Below, piece by piece: positions 42,723 to 52,962 of a stretch of 64,000 nucleotides of DNA. Where the stretch lies: NCBI GenBank assembly GCA_944392665.1, contig CALXXJ010000003.1, positions 3,797 through 67,796 on the forward strand, read 5' to 3'. A program made the position numbers and the translations under genes. Below the pieces are notes generated by a model. The model was given only the letters and a program-made list of their open reading frames with translations, had not been told where the DNA came from and made no database searches. Source of the stretch: an uncultured Clostridia bacterium. Lineage in GTDB: Bacteria; Bacillota; Clostridia; TANB77; CAG-508. The stretch's first letter is position 1, and each line of letters begins with the position of its first letter.

Positions 42723-43145
42723 TTAAACAATTGCAAAAGTTAATTCACCTTTTACTGCTACTTTTCCATCAACAGTTGCTAATGCTTCTCCTATTCCGAT
42801 AGGTCCTTTTCTTTTTATGATTTTTACTTCTAATTTTAATCTATCTCCAGGAACCACTTGTCTTTTAAATCTTAATTTGTCGATTCCACCAAATAAAGCA
42901 TTTCTTCCTTTATTTTCTTCCATAGAAAGAATGGCAACTGCACCAGTTTGTGCTAAAGATTCTACAATTAAAACTCCTGGCATAATTGGATTTCCAGGAA
43001 AATGGCCTTTAAAATAATATTCATCTTCACTAACATTTTTATATGCTACTGCACTTTCTCCTGGTACATATTCTTCTACTTCATCTATCATTAAAAATGG
43101 TTCTCTTTGTGGTATAATTTCTTTAATTTGTTCTTTATTTAACAT
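42723..43145 (-). CDS. fabZ: 3-hydroxyacyl-ACP dehydratase
   Basis: 140 aa with the hotdog fold and a catalytic His ([13 protein letters not shown]). Confidence 0.9.
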   Translation of the reverse strand: MLNKEQIKEIIPQREPFLMIDEVEEYVPGESAVAYKNVSEDEYYFKGHFPGNPIMPGVLIVESLAQTGAVAILSMEENKGRNALFGGIDKLRFKRQVVPGDRLKLEVKIIKRKGPIGIGEALATVDGKVAVKGELTFAIV

Positions 43146-43251
43146 TTTAATTATATCCTTTCTTCACTTTTAAATTACTATCAATCTTCATTCTTTTAAG
43201 TTAAATTCTTTTATCAATATTTTTTTAAATTCTAAATCTATTTAAAACAAA

Positions 43252-43284
43252 ATGTCCCAAACAGAAACGTCCCCAAAAGGACAT
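43252..43284 (-). repeat. REP-like repeat, copy D, abutting the accB stop codon
   Basis: ATGTCCCAAACAGAAACGTCCCCAAAAGGACAT. It generates the spurious ORF 43252..43482. Confidence 0.75.
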
Positions 43285-43748
43285 TATTTAATTTTAAATA
43301 ATGGTGTACCATATTCTACAACATCTTCATTTTTTACACAAATTTCTACAACTTCACCATCAAATTCTGATTCGATTTCGTTCATTAATTTCATTGCTTC
43401 TACAATACATACAACTTGTCCTTTTGAAATTTTATCTCCAACTTTTACATATGGATCTTTATCTGGTGATGAACTTGCATAAAAAGTACCTACCATTGGT
43501 GATTTAATAACTTTATAGTTTTCTTCTTTTTTATCTTCTACTGCAACTATTCCTTTTTCTTCTTGTGGTCTTACAGCAGGAACAGACATTGGCGCACTTG
43601 CTTCTATAACGTGTGGCTCTAGGATAACTTCTCTTTTTTCACTTTTTTTCATACTGATTTTTACACCGTCTGGAAATTCAATTTCTAATTCTTCTAATTT
43701 TGAATTTCCCATATCGTCCATTAATTTTTTAATTTCCTTATAATCCAT
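43285..43748 (-). CDS. accB: biotin carboxyl carrier protein
   Basis: Biotinyl-lysine motif EAMKLMN. 154 aa. Confidence 0.85.
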
Positions 43749-44072
43749 ATTTCTACCTCCGTTTTTATTTTTATTTTATACTATTTTTTGAAATTTGAAA
43801 AGTAGCAAATATAAAAATATTATAAAATAAACTTTTGCAAGGATGATGATATTTTAGATTGAATAAATTTTGAATGTGATTGGAGATATCTTAGAATTTG
43901 TTAATCATATATTGAGGGATGTTCACGGTACTCACATAGTGAGGGTCTGAGTGAAAGAGGCTCAATATATGATGTTACAAATTCTTAAATATCGTATTGA
44001 ACCGAAAAATTTATAAAATCTAAAATAACATCATCCTAATTCAATTTATACTTTCAAAATGATAAAATGTTT

Positions 44073-45314
44073 CTATTCTTCATATTTCTTTAATAAAATA
44101 CTACTATTGTGTCCTCCAAATCCTAATGAATTAGACATTGCATATTTTACATCTACTTTTCTTCCTTCATTTGGAACCACATCTAAATCACATTCTTCAT
44201 CTGGGACTTTATAATTAATAGTTGCTGGAACAAATCCTTCTTCGATTGCTTTTGCACAGACAATGGCTTCTACTCCTCCTGCTGCACCTAATAAATGTCC
44301 TGTATGACCTTTTGTTGAACTTACCATTACTTTTTTAGCTGCTTCTTCTCCTAATGCTGTTTTTATTGCTTGTGTCTCATATGAATCATTTAAATGTGTT
44401 GATGTACCATGTGCATTAATATAAGTAATTTCTTCTGGATTTACTTTTGCTTCTTCTATAGCAATTTTCATAGCTCTTGCACCGCCTTCTCCTCCTGGAG
44501 CAGGTGATGTGATATGATATGCATCAGATGTTGCACCATATCCGACGATTTCAGCATAAATTTTAGCACCTCTTTTTTTCGCATGCTCTAGTTCTTCTAA
44601 AACAATAACACCAGCACCTTCTCCCATAACAAAGCCACTTCTCTCTTTGTCAAATGGAATACTTGCTCTTGTTTTATCTTCAGATTTTGTTAAAGCTTTT
44701 ATATTTGCAAATCCTGCTATTCCAAGTGGCGTTATTCCTGCTTCTGTTCCTCCTGCTAATACAACATCTTGATATCCATGTTTAATCATTCTGAAACTTT
44801 CTCCAATACTATGTGTCCCTGTAGCACATGCTGTAACCATAGCTATAGATTCTCCTTTTGCTCCAATATCAATTGCTACATTTCCTGTTGCCATATTAGA
44901 AATTCCCATAGGAATATACATTGGTGAAACTCTATCTGGTCCTTTTGACATACATTTTTCATGTTCTGTTTCGATTGTTTGTATTCCTCCAATTCCTGAT
45001 CCTATAATAATTCCTACTCTTTCCATATTTTCATTTTCTTTATCTAGTCCACTATCTTTCCAAGCTTCTCTAGCAGCTATCATTGCATATTGAGAAAATT
45101 TATCTAATCTTTTTGCTTCTCTTTTATCAAAATAATCTTCTGGATTGTATTCTTTCAATTCAGCTGCTAATTTTACTTTAAAGTCTGTTACATCAAAACT
45201 CTTTATTACGTCAACTCCACATTTACCTTCTTTGATTCCTTTCCAAAAGTCATTTGCATTATTTCCTATTGGAGTTACAGCTCCTAATCCTGTAATAACA
45301 ACTCTTCTTTCCAT
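44073..45314 (-). CDS. fabF: 3-oxoacyl-ACP synthase II
   Basis: 413 aa with the KAS II active-site Cys region and the HGTSTxxND and GHxxGAAG motifs. Confidence 0.9.
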   Translation of the reverse strand: MERRVVITGLGAVTPIGNNANDFWKGIKEGKCGVDVIKSFDVTDFKVKLAAELKEYNPEDYFDKREAKRLDKFSQYAMIAAREAWKDSGLDKENENMERVGIIIGSGIGGIQTIETEHEKCMSKGPDRVSPMYIPMGISNMATGNVAIDIGAKGESIAMVTACATGTHSIGESFRMIKHGYQDVVLAGGTEAGITPLGIAGFANIKALTKSEDKTRASIPFDKERSGFVMGEGAGVIVLEELEHAKKRGAKIYAEIVGYGATSDAYHITSPAPGGEGGARAMKIAIEEAKVNPEEITYINAHGTSTHLNDSYETQAIKTALGEEAAKKVMVSSTKGHTGHLLGAAGGVEAIVCAKAIEEGFVPATINYKVPDEECDLDVVPNEGRKVDVKYAMSNSLGFGGHNSSILLKKYEE

Positions 45315-45504
45315 CTTTCTCTTCCTTTCATTTTTTCATACTACTATTATTATTTCACATATATTATATTATTTTAAAACAAATTCAAAGTAGTATATTG
45401 TGCATTTTTGATGTCAACTTCAAGCTGAAGGCATACTTTTTGTATGTCAAAGTTTGAAGTTGATATCGAAAATGTGCAAGATGCTGCTTTCAATTTATTT
45501 TTTA

Positions 45505-45560
45505 TTGTATAGGAAAAATCTGCTTTTATCTTGACCCTATATGGATTTTTCCGTATACAA
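45505..45560 (+). repeat. repeat family 3, copy 2, in the fabG-fabF spacer
   Basis: TTGTATAGGAAAAATCTGCTTTTATCTTGACCCTATATGGATTTTTCCGTATACAA. Confidence 0.6.
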
Positions 45561-45631
45561 CAAGGTTAAGCTTCTTATATTCGTGAAGTACTGCGAAGCA
45601 GTCTTCACATTTGTGCGTCGAAACGCCTTTC

Positions 45632-46372
45632 TTACATGACCATTCCACCATCTATATTGATTACTTGGCCAGTGATATAAGCACTTTCATCTGATCCTAA
45701 GAAATAGATTAAATTTGCTACCTCTTTTGCTGTTCCCATTCTCTTCAATGGAATTTGGTTATGTATATTTTCTTTTATTTCGTCTGATAACACAGCAGTC
45801 ATATCTGTCTCTATAAATCCAGGTGCTACTGCATTTGCTCTAATATTTCTTGAAGCTAATTCTTTTGCTACACTTTTTGTAAATCCAATAATTCCAGCTT
45901 TTGATGCTGCATAATTACATTGTCCAGCATTTCCTGCAACACCTACAACTGATGATAAATTAATAATACTTCCTTTTCTTTTTTTCATCATATATTTTGT
46001 AACTGCTTTTGTGACAATATATGTTCCTTTTAAATTCACTTCTATTACTTTATCAAATTCTTCTTCACTCATTCTCATTAATAAGTTATCTTTGTTAATA
46101 CCTGCATTATTAACTAATACATCTATACTTCCAAATTCTTCAATTGCTTTTTTCACCAATTCTTCAATTGCTTCTTTATCTGTTACATCTGCTTGCATAA
46201 TAAGTGCCTTTACACCTTTATTTTCAAATTCAGCTTTTAATTCTTCTACATTTGTTTTACTTGAAACATAGTTAATGACAACATTATATCCATTGTCTGC
46301 AAATTTTAAAGCTACTTCTTTTCCAATTCCTCTTGAAGCGCCTGTTACAAATACAGTTTTATTTTCTTCCAT
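45632..46372 (-). CDS. fabG: 3-oxoacyl-ACP reductase
   Basis: SDR Rossmann motif TGASRGIGK and catalytic YxxxK. 246 aa. Confidence 0.9.
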   Translation of the reverse strand: MEENKTVFVTGASRGIGKEVALKFADNGYNVVINYVSSKTNVEELKAEFENKGVKALIMQADVTDKEAIEELVKKAIEEFGSIDVLVNNAGINKDNLLMRMSEEEFDKVIEVNLKGTYIVTKAVTKYMMKKRKGSIINLSSVVGVAGNAGQCNYAASKAGIIGFTKSVAKELASRNIRANAVAPGFIETDMTAVLSDEIKENIHNQIPLKRMGTAKEVANLIYFLGSDESAYITGQVINIDGGMVM

Positions 46373-46374
46373 CT

Positions 46375-47310
46375 TTATTCATTCCCTTCTAAAAATTTCT
46401 CTAAACTATCCACATTATTTATATTAAATGTCTTGGCTTCTTTATTATCTTTCTTTACAAATCCTGTTAAAGTTCTTCCTGGTCCAATTTCCAAATATTC
46501 CTCTACTTGCTCTTGTTCCATTAATTTGATTGCTTTATCAAATCTTACTGGACTAATAATATGATTTGCTAAAATTTCTTTTATATTATCATTTTCAGTA
46601 TAATATGTACCATCAATATTTTTTATAACTTTAACCTTTGTATCAAGATTAAAATCAATATTTACTAATTCTTTCTCATATGCTTCTTTTGCTTTTTCTA
46701 GTTTTATTGTATGGAATGGCCCACTTGTATTTAATTTTAAAGCTCTTTTTGCTCCTTGTGCTTTTAATACTTCCATTGCTTCATCAATGGCATCTTCTTG
46801 TCCTGATATAACTGTTTGCACACTGCAATTATAATTAGCAACTACAATAAATTTATTATTGTTTGAAATTTCTTTACAAACTTCTTCTATTTTTTCTGAA
46901 TCTAATCCAATAATCGCTGCCATCGAAAATTTCTCATCTGGTAAAAGATTTCCCATGTAATAACCTCTTTTTTGAATTAGATTTATTCCATCTTCAAAAC
47001 TGATGATTCCAGCATAGATTAAAGCACCATATTCTCCTAAACTCAATCCTGTTGCAATATCTGCTTCTATTCCTTTTGATTTTAAAACTTCTAATATTGC
47101 TAAACTTGTTGTTAGTATAGCAATTTGTGTGTTTTCTGTTTTATTTAACTCTTCTTCTGGACCTTCAAAACAAAGTTTTTTTACATCAATTCCAGATATT
47201 CTTGAAGCCTCATCATAAATCTTTTTTGCTTCATCATATTTTTCATAAATATCTTTTCCCATTCCTACAACTTGTGCGCCTTGTCCTGGAAATAAAAATG
47301 CTCTTTTCAT
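46375..47310 (-). CDS. fabD: malonyl-CoA:ACP transacylase
   Basis: GQGAQ motif and a GLSLGEY active-site Ser. 311 aa. Confidence 0.9.
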   Translation of the reverse strand: MKRAFLFPGQGAQVVGMGKDIYEKYDEAKKIYDEASRISGIDVKKLCFEGPEEELNKTENTQIAILTTSLAILEVLKSKGIEADIATGLSLGEYGALIYAGIISFEDGINLIQKRGYYMGNLLPDEKFSMAAIIGLDSEKIEEVCKEISNNNKFIVVANYNCSVQTVISGQEDAIDEAMEVLKAQGAKRALKLNTSGPFHTIKLEKAKEAYEKELVNIDFNLDTKVKVIKNIDGTYYTENDNIKEILANHIISPVRFDKAIKLMEQEQVEEYLEIGPGRTLTGFVKKDNKEAKTFNINNVDSLEKFLEGNE

Positions 47311-47332
47311 TCTTTCTTCATCCTTTCTTTTT

Positions 47333-47362
47333 TGTCCATTAGGGACGTTTCCTTTTGGACAT
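47333..47362 (+). repeat. REP-like repeat, variant copy E (TGTCCATTAGGGACGTTTCCTTTTGGACAT)
   Basis: A variant of the consensus. It forms a perfect 30-bp inverted pair with 47434-47463. Confidence 0.7.
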
Positions 47363-47433
47363 TTTATATGAATTTATAATCGTAAAATGTTATATAAATA
47401 TTTTTTATTAAAAATGAATGTGTTTTACAAAAA

Positions 47434-47463
47434 ATGTCCAAAAGGAAACGTCCCTAATGGACA
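47434..47463 (-). repeat. REP-like repeat, variant copy F, the exact reverse complement of copy E, abutting the fabH stop
   Basis: ATGTCCAAAAGGAAACGTCCCTAATGGACA. Confidence 0.7.
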
Positions 47464-47464
47464 A

Positions 47465-48400
47465 TTATATTTCCATCAAAATACTTCCTGTGTTTAATCC
47501 TCCACCATATCCTAATAGAATAATTTTATCACCTGTTCTTAAAAGTCCGCTTTTTTGCATATCATATAAAGCAATTGGTATACTGGCACAAAAGGTATTT
47601 CCTCTTTCCTGTATATTTGTATACATCTTTTCCATTTGTATATGGAGTCTTGATGCAATTGCTTTCATAATTTTTAAGTTTGACTGATGTGCTACTATAT
47701 ATTTTACATCATGTAATGATATATTCGCTTTTTCTAGTAACTCATTTATATTTTCAACTGTTTTGGTAACTGCATATTTGTATACTTCTTTTCCGTTCAT
47801 ATATACGTTTTGTCCATATCGATATATTAAAATATTATTTTTGTCTTCCTCAGCTTTAATATTAGATATATACATTTTTGGATGAGTGGTTATTTCTTCT
47901 TTTTCTATTAGTGTTGCTCCTGCACCATCAGATAAAACAACAGCTGTTCCTATATCTTTTTTATCAACAATTTCAGATAATTTATCTACACCAATAATTA
48001 AAGCTCTTTTTATATTTCGTGAATCTATATATGTTTTTGCAATATCAAATGCATTTATATATCCTCCACATCCAGCTAATATATCGAAACATATACATGG
48101 AAAGAGGTTTAATTTCTTTTGCACATAATTTGATATTCCTGGCATTAACATATCTGTACTTGTTGTTGCTGCTATAATAAGGTCGATATCTTGTTTATCT
48201 TCTTCTGAAGAAATCAGTATCTTTACTGCCTCTACTGCCATATCTTGTATAGTCTCATCGATTGCATAATATCTATTTTTTATTCCTGTTCTTTTTTCAA
48301 TGTATCCATTTTCTAAATTTAATATTTTTTCTAATTCATTATTTTCAATTTGTTTTTCAGGAAAATATATTCCATTGCCTACTATACGTATATTGCTCAC
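47465..48400 (-). CDS. fabH: 3-oxoacyl-ACP synthase III
   Basis: 311 aa with a KAS III fold and an active-site Cys (AGCGGY). Confidence 0.9.
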   Translation of the reverse strand: MSNIRIVGNGIYFPEKQIENNELEKILNLENGYIEKRTGIKNRYYAIDETIQDMAVEAVKILISSEEDKQDIDLIIAATTSTDMLMPGISNYVQKKLNLFPCICFDILAGCGGYINAFDIAKTYIDSRNIKRALIIGVDKLSEIVDKKDIGTAVVLSDGAGATLIEKEEITTHPKMYISNIKAEEDKNNILIYRYGQNVYMNGKEVYKYAVTKTVENINELLEKANISLHDVKYIVAHQSNLKIMKAIASRLHIQMEKMYTNIQERGNTFCASIPIALYDMQKSGLLRTGDKIILLGYGGGLNTGSILMEI

Positions 48401-48504
48401 TTGCTACCTCTTTTCGCTTTTAATACAAACTATTCCTTATATATTTATATACTATTTTTGTATTTTTTTCTATTAGTATGACTGGTCAAAAATAAGAATT
48501 AAAA

Positions 48505-48537
48505 AGAATATCTACTTGAAATTCAAGCAAATATTCT
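48505..48537 (-). terminator. terminator downstream of the WG-repeat gene (near-palindromic AGAATAT..CTTGAAaTTCAAG..ATATTCT plus U-run)
   Basis: Nested palindrome followed, on the minus strand, by TTTTAATTCTTATTTTT. Confidence 0.45.
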
Positions 48538-48554
48538 TCATTGTTTCTTATTAT

Positions 48555-50093
48555 TTATTGTTCATTTCCTTGTTGTTCTTCGCTATTTTGAGTTTCCTCA
48601 TTATTTTGCTCTTCCCCACTACTTTGTTGTTCTTCATTACTTTGTTCCTCTCCATTACTTTGTTCACTATTTTCTTGTGTTGTTTCATTATTTACTTGAT
48701 TATTATTCTCATTACTATTCGTGGTTGTATTATCAGATGAAGTATTTGTAGTATTATTGCTATTTGATGTAGATTCCAATACACCTAATCTGTCTAAATA
48801 TTCTTCTACATCATAAGTTTTATCATTAGCATTCATTAAGTATTGTTTTTCTCCTCCACTAATTACCATATAAATATCATCTACAAATGCTCTGATTGGT
48901 TGTTCTCCTAATGCATTTAATAATGTATATCGATTATCTATACATGCTACAATCACATTATATCCTGGTATTACCAATAGGTTTGTCGCTTCTCTATTAC
49001 TGCTTGCAATATATCCAAAGCTGTCATATTCAAAATCCACCACTTGTTTTCCTTTAGTATCAAATAATCCCCATTTATTATTTTTCATAACAGGTATTAA
49101 ATTATCTATTAAAATATATCCTGTTTTCAAGTCATTTTCTTCAAATCTAGATATATCTACTCCAATTTGATCATTTTCTGCATAAATGACATTATTTCCG
49201 TTTAAATCTACAACTCCATATCGGTTATTTCTAGCAACTAAATATAATCCCGCATCATAATCCATTAATTCTATACTATCATAATTAATACTAACTTTTG
49301 TTTTCTTATCTGTTCCTATAATTCCATATTTATCTCCACTACTTACAATGAAATCACCTGTAGATTCTTGATATCTAACATCATCATATTTACATTCTAG
49401 GATTTCTGTTCCATCTGATGCATTGATTACTCCATAATATCTGTCATCTGAAACAACTAACATATTTTTGGCCACTGCTTTTTCATTTTCAAATACTTCA
49501 CTTAATTTTGTATATCCATAGTCTAAAATAGTGTTTGTATAAGAAGTGATTAAATATGGCGTTGTATAAATTGTAATTGTATTATTTTCTTGATCATAGA
49601 AAAAAGTAGAATTGAATGCTTTTTGCATTCCATCAGTTGTTATATATAATTGTCCATCGATTGCTTTTACAGGCTTGTCCATATATATATATGTATAATT
49701 ATTACTATTTTCTTCTAAATTTAATTTATATATTTTATTAGAATTTAATGTAAGATTTGCTACTTCTTCTGTCGTTTCTACATAACATTTACTATTATCC
49801 TCTGATTTATTACTGTATTCTCCACTATAACTGTTGTATCCTAAATACGTAGAAATAGCTCTTACGTTTACATATATTGTTCCATCTTCTTCAAATACTA
49901 GCGAATTTTTAATTTCTGCATTTTCCATGCCATTAACATATACACGCAAAACGCTTCCTTCCAAATACATCATATAGGAAATAACTCCTATAATTGCCAT
50001 GACAATTAATACAATAAAAACAATTATTATTTTAATAATGTTTTTTGTCTTATTTCCTTTATTGTTTGAAACTTCTTCATCTAATAAATTCAT
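48555..50093 (-). CDS. membrane-anchored WG-repeat (KWG) protein with an S/N/E/Q-rich low-complexity tail
   Basis: 512 aa with an N-terminal TM helix, multiple ..YG(V/I)(I/V)D..G..(V/I).. WG-type repeats (KWGLFDTKGKQVVDFEYD), and an acidic Q/E/N/S-rich C-terminus. Confidence 0.5.
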   Translation of the reverse strand: MNLLDEEVSNNKGNKTKNIIKIIIVFIVLIVMAIIGVISYMMYLEGSVLRVYVNGMENAEIKNSLVFEEDGTIYVNVRAISTYLGYNSYSGEYSNKSEDNSKCYVETTEEVANLTLNSNKIYKLNLEENSNNYTYIYMDKPVKAIDGQLYITTDGMQKAFNSTFFYDQENNTITIYTTPYLITSYTNTILDYGYTKLSEVFENEKAVAKNMLVVSDDRYYGVINASDGTEILECKYDDVRYQESTGDFIVSSGDKYGIIGTDKKTKVSINYDSIELMDYDAGLYLVARNNRYGVVDLNGNNVIYAENDQIGVDISRFEENDLKTGYILIDNLIPVMKNNKWGLFDTKGKQVVDFEYDSFGYIASSNREATNLLVIPGYNVIVACIDNRYTLLNALGEQPIRAFVDDIYMVISGGEKQYLMNANDKTYDVEEYLDRLGVLESTSNSNNTTNTSSDNTTTNSNENNNQVNNETTQENSEQSNGEEQSNEEQQSSGEEQNNEETQNSEEQQGNEQ

Positions 50094-50109
50094 ATACCCC
50101 TCCTACTTT

Positions 50110-51252
<1,143 letters not shown>

Positions 51253-51307
51253 TTATTTGCTTTTTCTTTATTTGCTTTTTCCATATTTCATTTTTCGTAG
51301 CTTTATT

Positions 51308-51781
51308 TTATGCTTTATTCTTATCTTCTTGGTATAGCATTTGAAGATTACACTTTTCAAATCCTAATCCTTCATAAAATTTTATTGCTTTACTATTTTT
51401 GTTAAATGTATCTAGTTGAATATTTGTTATTCCTACTTCTTTTAAAGCATTTATCATCGTTTTCATCAATGCTTTTCCAATTCCTTTATTTCTGTATTCT
51501 TCTAAAACAAATATATTATTTATTGAACCTAATTGCACATTATACCACACTTTTTTTTTCAATATTTCTGCTGTTATGAATCCAACAATCTTCTCATTTT
51601 CTTCTGCTACATAGATATATTGCTGATTCAAAAAATACTCCAAATCTTTTTCTCCAATTTCAGTATATCCCCATTCAGGTGCAACAATATTTAATCCTAA
51701 ATCTTTTTCATATTTTGCAAGCAAATATCTTAAATCTTGTATATCTTTTATATCTTCTTTTTCAGCTTTTCTTATATTCAT
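51308..51781 (-). CDS. GNAT-family N-acetyltransferase
   Basis: 157 aa with acetyl-CoA motif A (RNKGIGKALM). Confidence 0.8.
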   Translation of the reverse strand: MNIRKAEKEDIKDIQDLRYLLAKYEKDLGLNIVAPEWGYTEIGEKDLEYFLNQQYIYVAEENEKIVGFITAEILKKKVWYNVQLGSINNIFVLEEYRNKGIGKALMKTMINALKEVGITNIQLDTFNKNSKAIKFYEGLGFEKCNLQMLYQEDKNKA

Positions 51782-51812
51782 TTTATCACCTACTTAATTC
51801 TTGTTTTTAGAT

Positions 51813-52835
51813 TTATTGAATAAACATAGCATCTCCAAAACTAAAAAATCGATATTTTTCTTTTACTGCTTCATTATATGCTTTCATAATGTAGTCTTTT
51901 CCTGCTAAGGCAGATACCAACATTAATAAAGTAGATTGTGGCAAATGGAAATTGGTAATTAATCCATCTAGACATTTAAATTGATAACCTGGATATATAA
52001 AGATACTTGTATCTGCTTCTGTTTCTTTTACAAATCCATTTTCATCTGCAATCGTTTCTAATACTCTACAAGAAGTCGTTCCAACAGCAATCACTCTTTT
52101 TCCTTGTTTTTTTGTTTCATTGATTTTGTCAACATCTTCCTGTTTGATATAGAAATGTTCTGTATGCATTTCATGGTTTTCTACATTTTCTTCTTTTACA
52201 GGTCTAAAAGTTCCAATACCAACATGTAGTGTTACATTAGCAATTTTGACACCCTTTTTTTCTATTTTCTTTAATAATTCTGGTGTAAAATGTAACCCTG
52301 CTGTTGGTGCTGCTGCTGATCCATTATATTTTGCATAAACTGTTTGATATCTGTCATTATCTTTTAATTCTTCATGGATATATGGTGGTAATGGCATTAA
52401 CCCTATCTTATCTAATATTTCATTAAATATTCCTTCATATGAAAATTTAACTTTCCTTGTTCCTCCTGGCATAATCTCTAAAATTTCAGCTGTTAATAAT
52501 CCATCACCAAAAATAACTTTTGTTCCTACATGAAGCTTATTACCTGGTCTTACAATCGTTTCCCAAATATCGCCTTCCATATTTTTCAATAATAAAAACT
52601 CTACTTTTGCTCCTGTTTCTTTTTTCCCATAAATTCTAGCAGGAATAACTTTTGTGTTGTTTCTTACTAAACAATCTCCTGGTTCTAAATAGTCAATAAT
52701 ATCTTTAAATGTTTTATGTTCAATGGTTTGTTTACTTCTATCTAAAACCATTAATCTTGATTCATCTCTTTTTTCTATTGGTGTTTGTGCAATTAATTCT
52801 TCTGGTAATTCATAATTAAATTCTGATACTTTCAT
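51813..52835 (-). CDS. queA: S-adenosylmethionine:tRNA ribosyltransferase-isomerase
   Basis: 340 aa starting [19 protein letters not shown]. Confidence 0.9.
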   Translation of the reverse strand: MKVSEFNYELPEELIAQTPIEKRDESRLMVLDRSKQTIEHKTFKDIIDYLEPGDCLVRNNTKVIPARIYGKKETGAKVEFLLLKNMEGDIWETIVRPGNKLHVGTKVIFGDGLLTAEILEIMPGGTRKVKFSYEGIFNEILDKIGLMPLPPYIHEELKDNDRYQTVYAKYNGSAAAPTAGLHFTPELLKKIEKKGVKIANVTLHVGIGTFRPVKEENVENHEMHTEHFYIKQEDVDKINETKKQGKRVIAVGTTSCRVLETIADENGFVKETEADTSIFIYPGYQFKCLDGLITNFHLPQSTLLMLVSALAGKDYIMKAYNEAVKEKYRFFSFGDAMFIQ

Positions 52836-52892
52836 GATTCCTCCTCAACGCTTTTCTTTTAATGTAATATTGTCCCTTCTTGTTTTTAACAA

Positions 52893-52921
52893 GGTATAGG
52901 AAAAGCGATTTTTCCTATACC
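52893..52921. repeat. hairpin GGTATAGGAAAA-gcgat-TTTTCCTATACC, a core-less relative of the family 3 arms
   Basis: A 12-bp perfect stem. The arms resemble TGTATAGGAAAAATC/GATTTTTCCGTATACA of the 45505 copy. Confidence 0.45.
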
Positions 52922-52928
52922 ATAAAAA

Positions 52929-52961
52929 ATGTCCCAAACAGAAACGTCCCCAAAAGGACAT
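52929..52961 (-). repeat. REP-like repeat, copy G, abutting the stop of the 52963..54315 gene
   Basis: ATGTCCCAAACAGAAACGTCCCCAAAAGGACAT. Confidence 0.75.
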
Positions 52962-52962
52962 T

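Noticed and set aside
43252-43482. ORF of 76 aa beginning MSQTETSPKG
   Set aside because: The first 11 codons are simply the reverse-complement reading of the REP repeat (ATGTCCCAAACAGAAACGTCCCCAAAAGG). It is antisense to accB and has no RBS, so it is a repeat-generated artefact.
45315-45631. Hidden acpP gene in the fabG-fabF spacer
   Set aside because: Manual six-frame reading finds only very short ORFs (under 12 aa), and there is no DSL phosphopantetheine-site motif.
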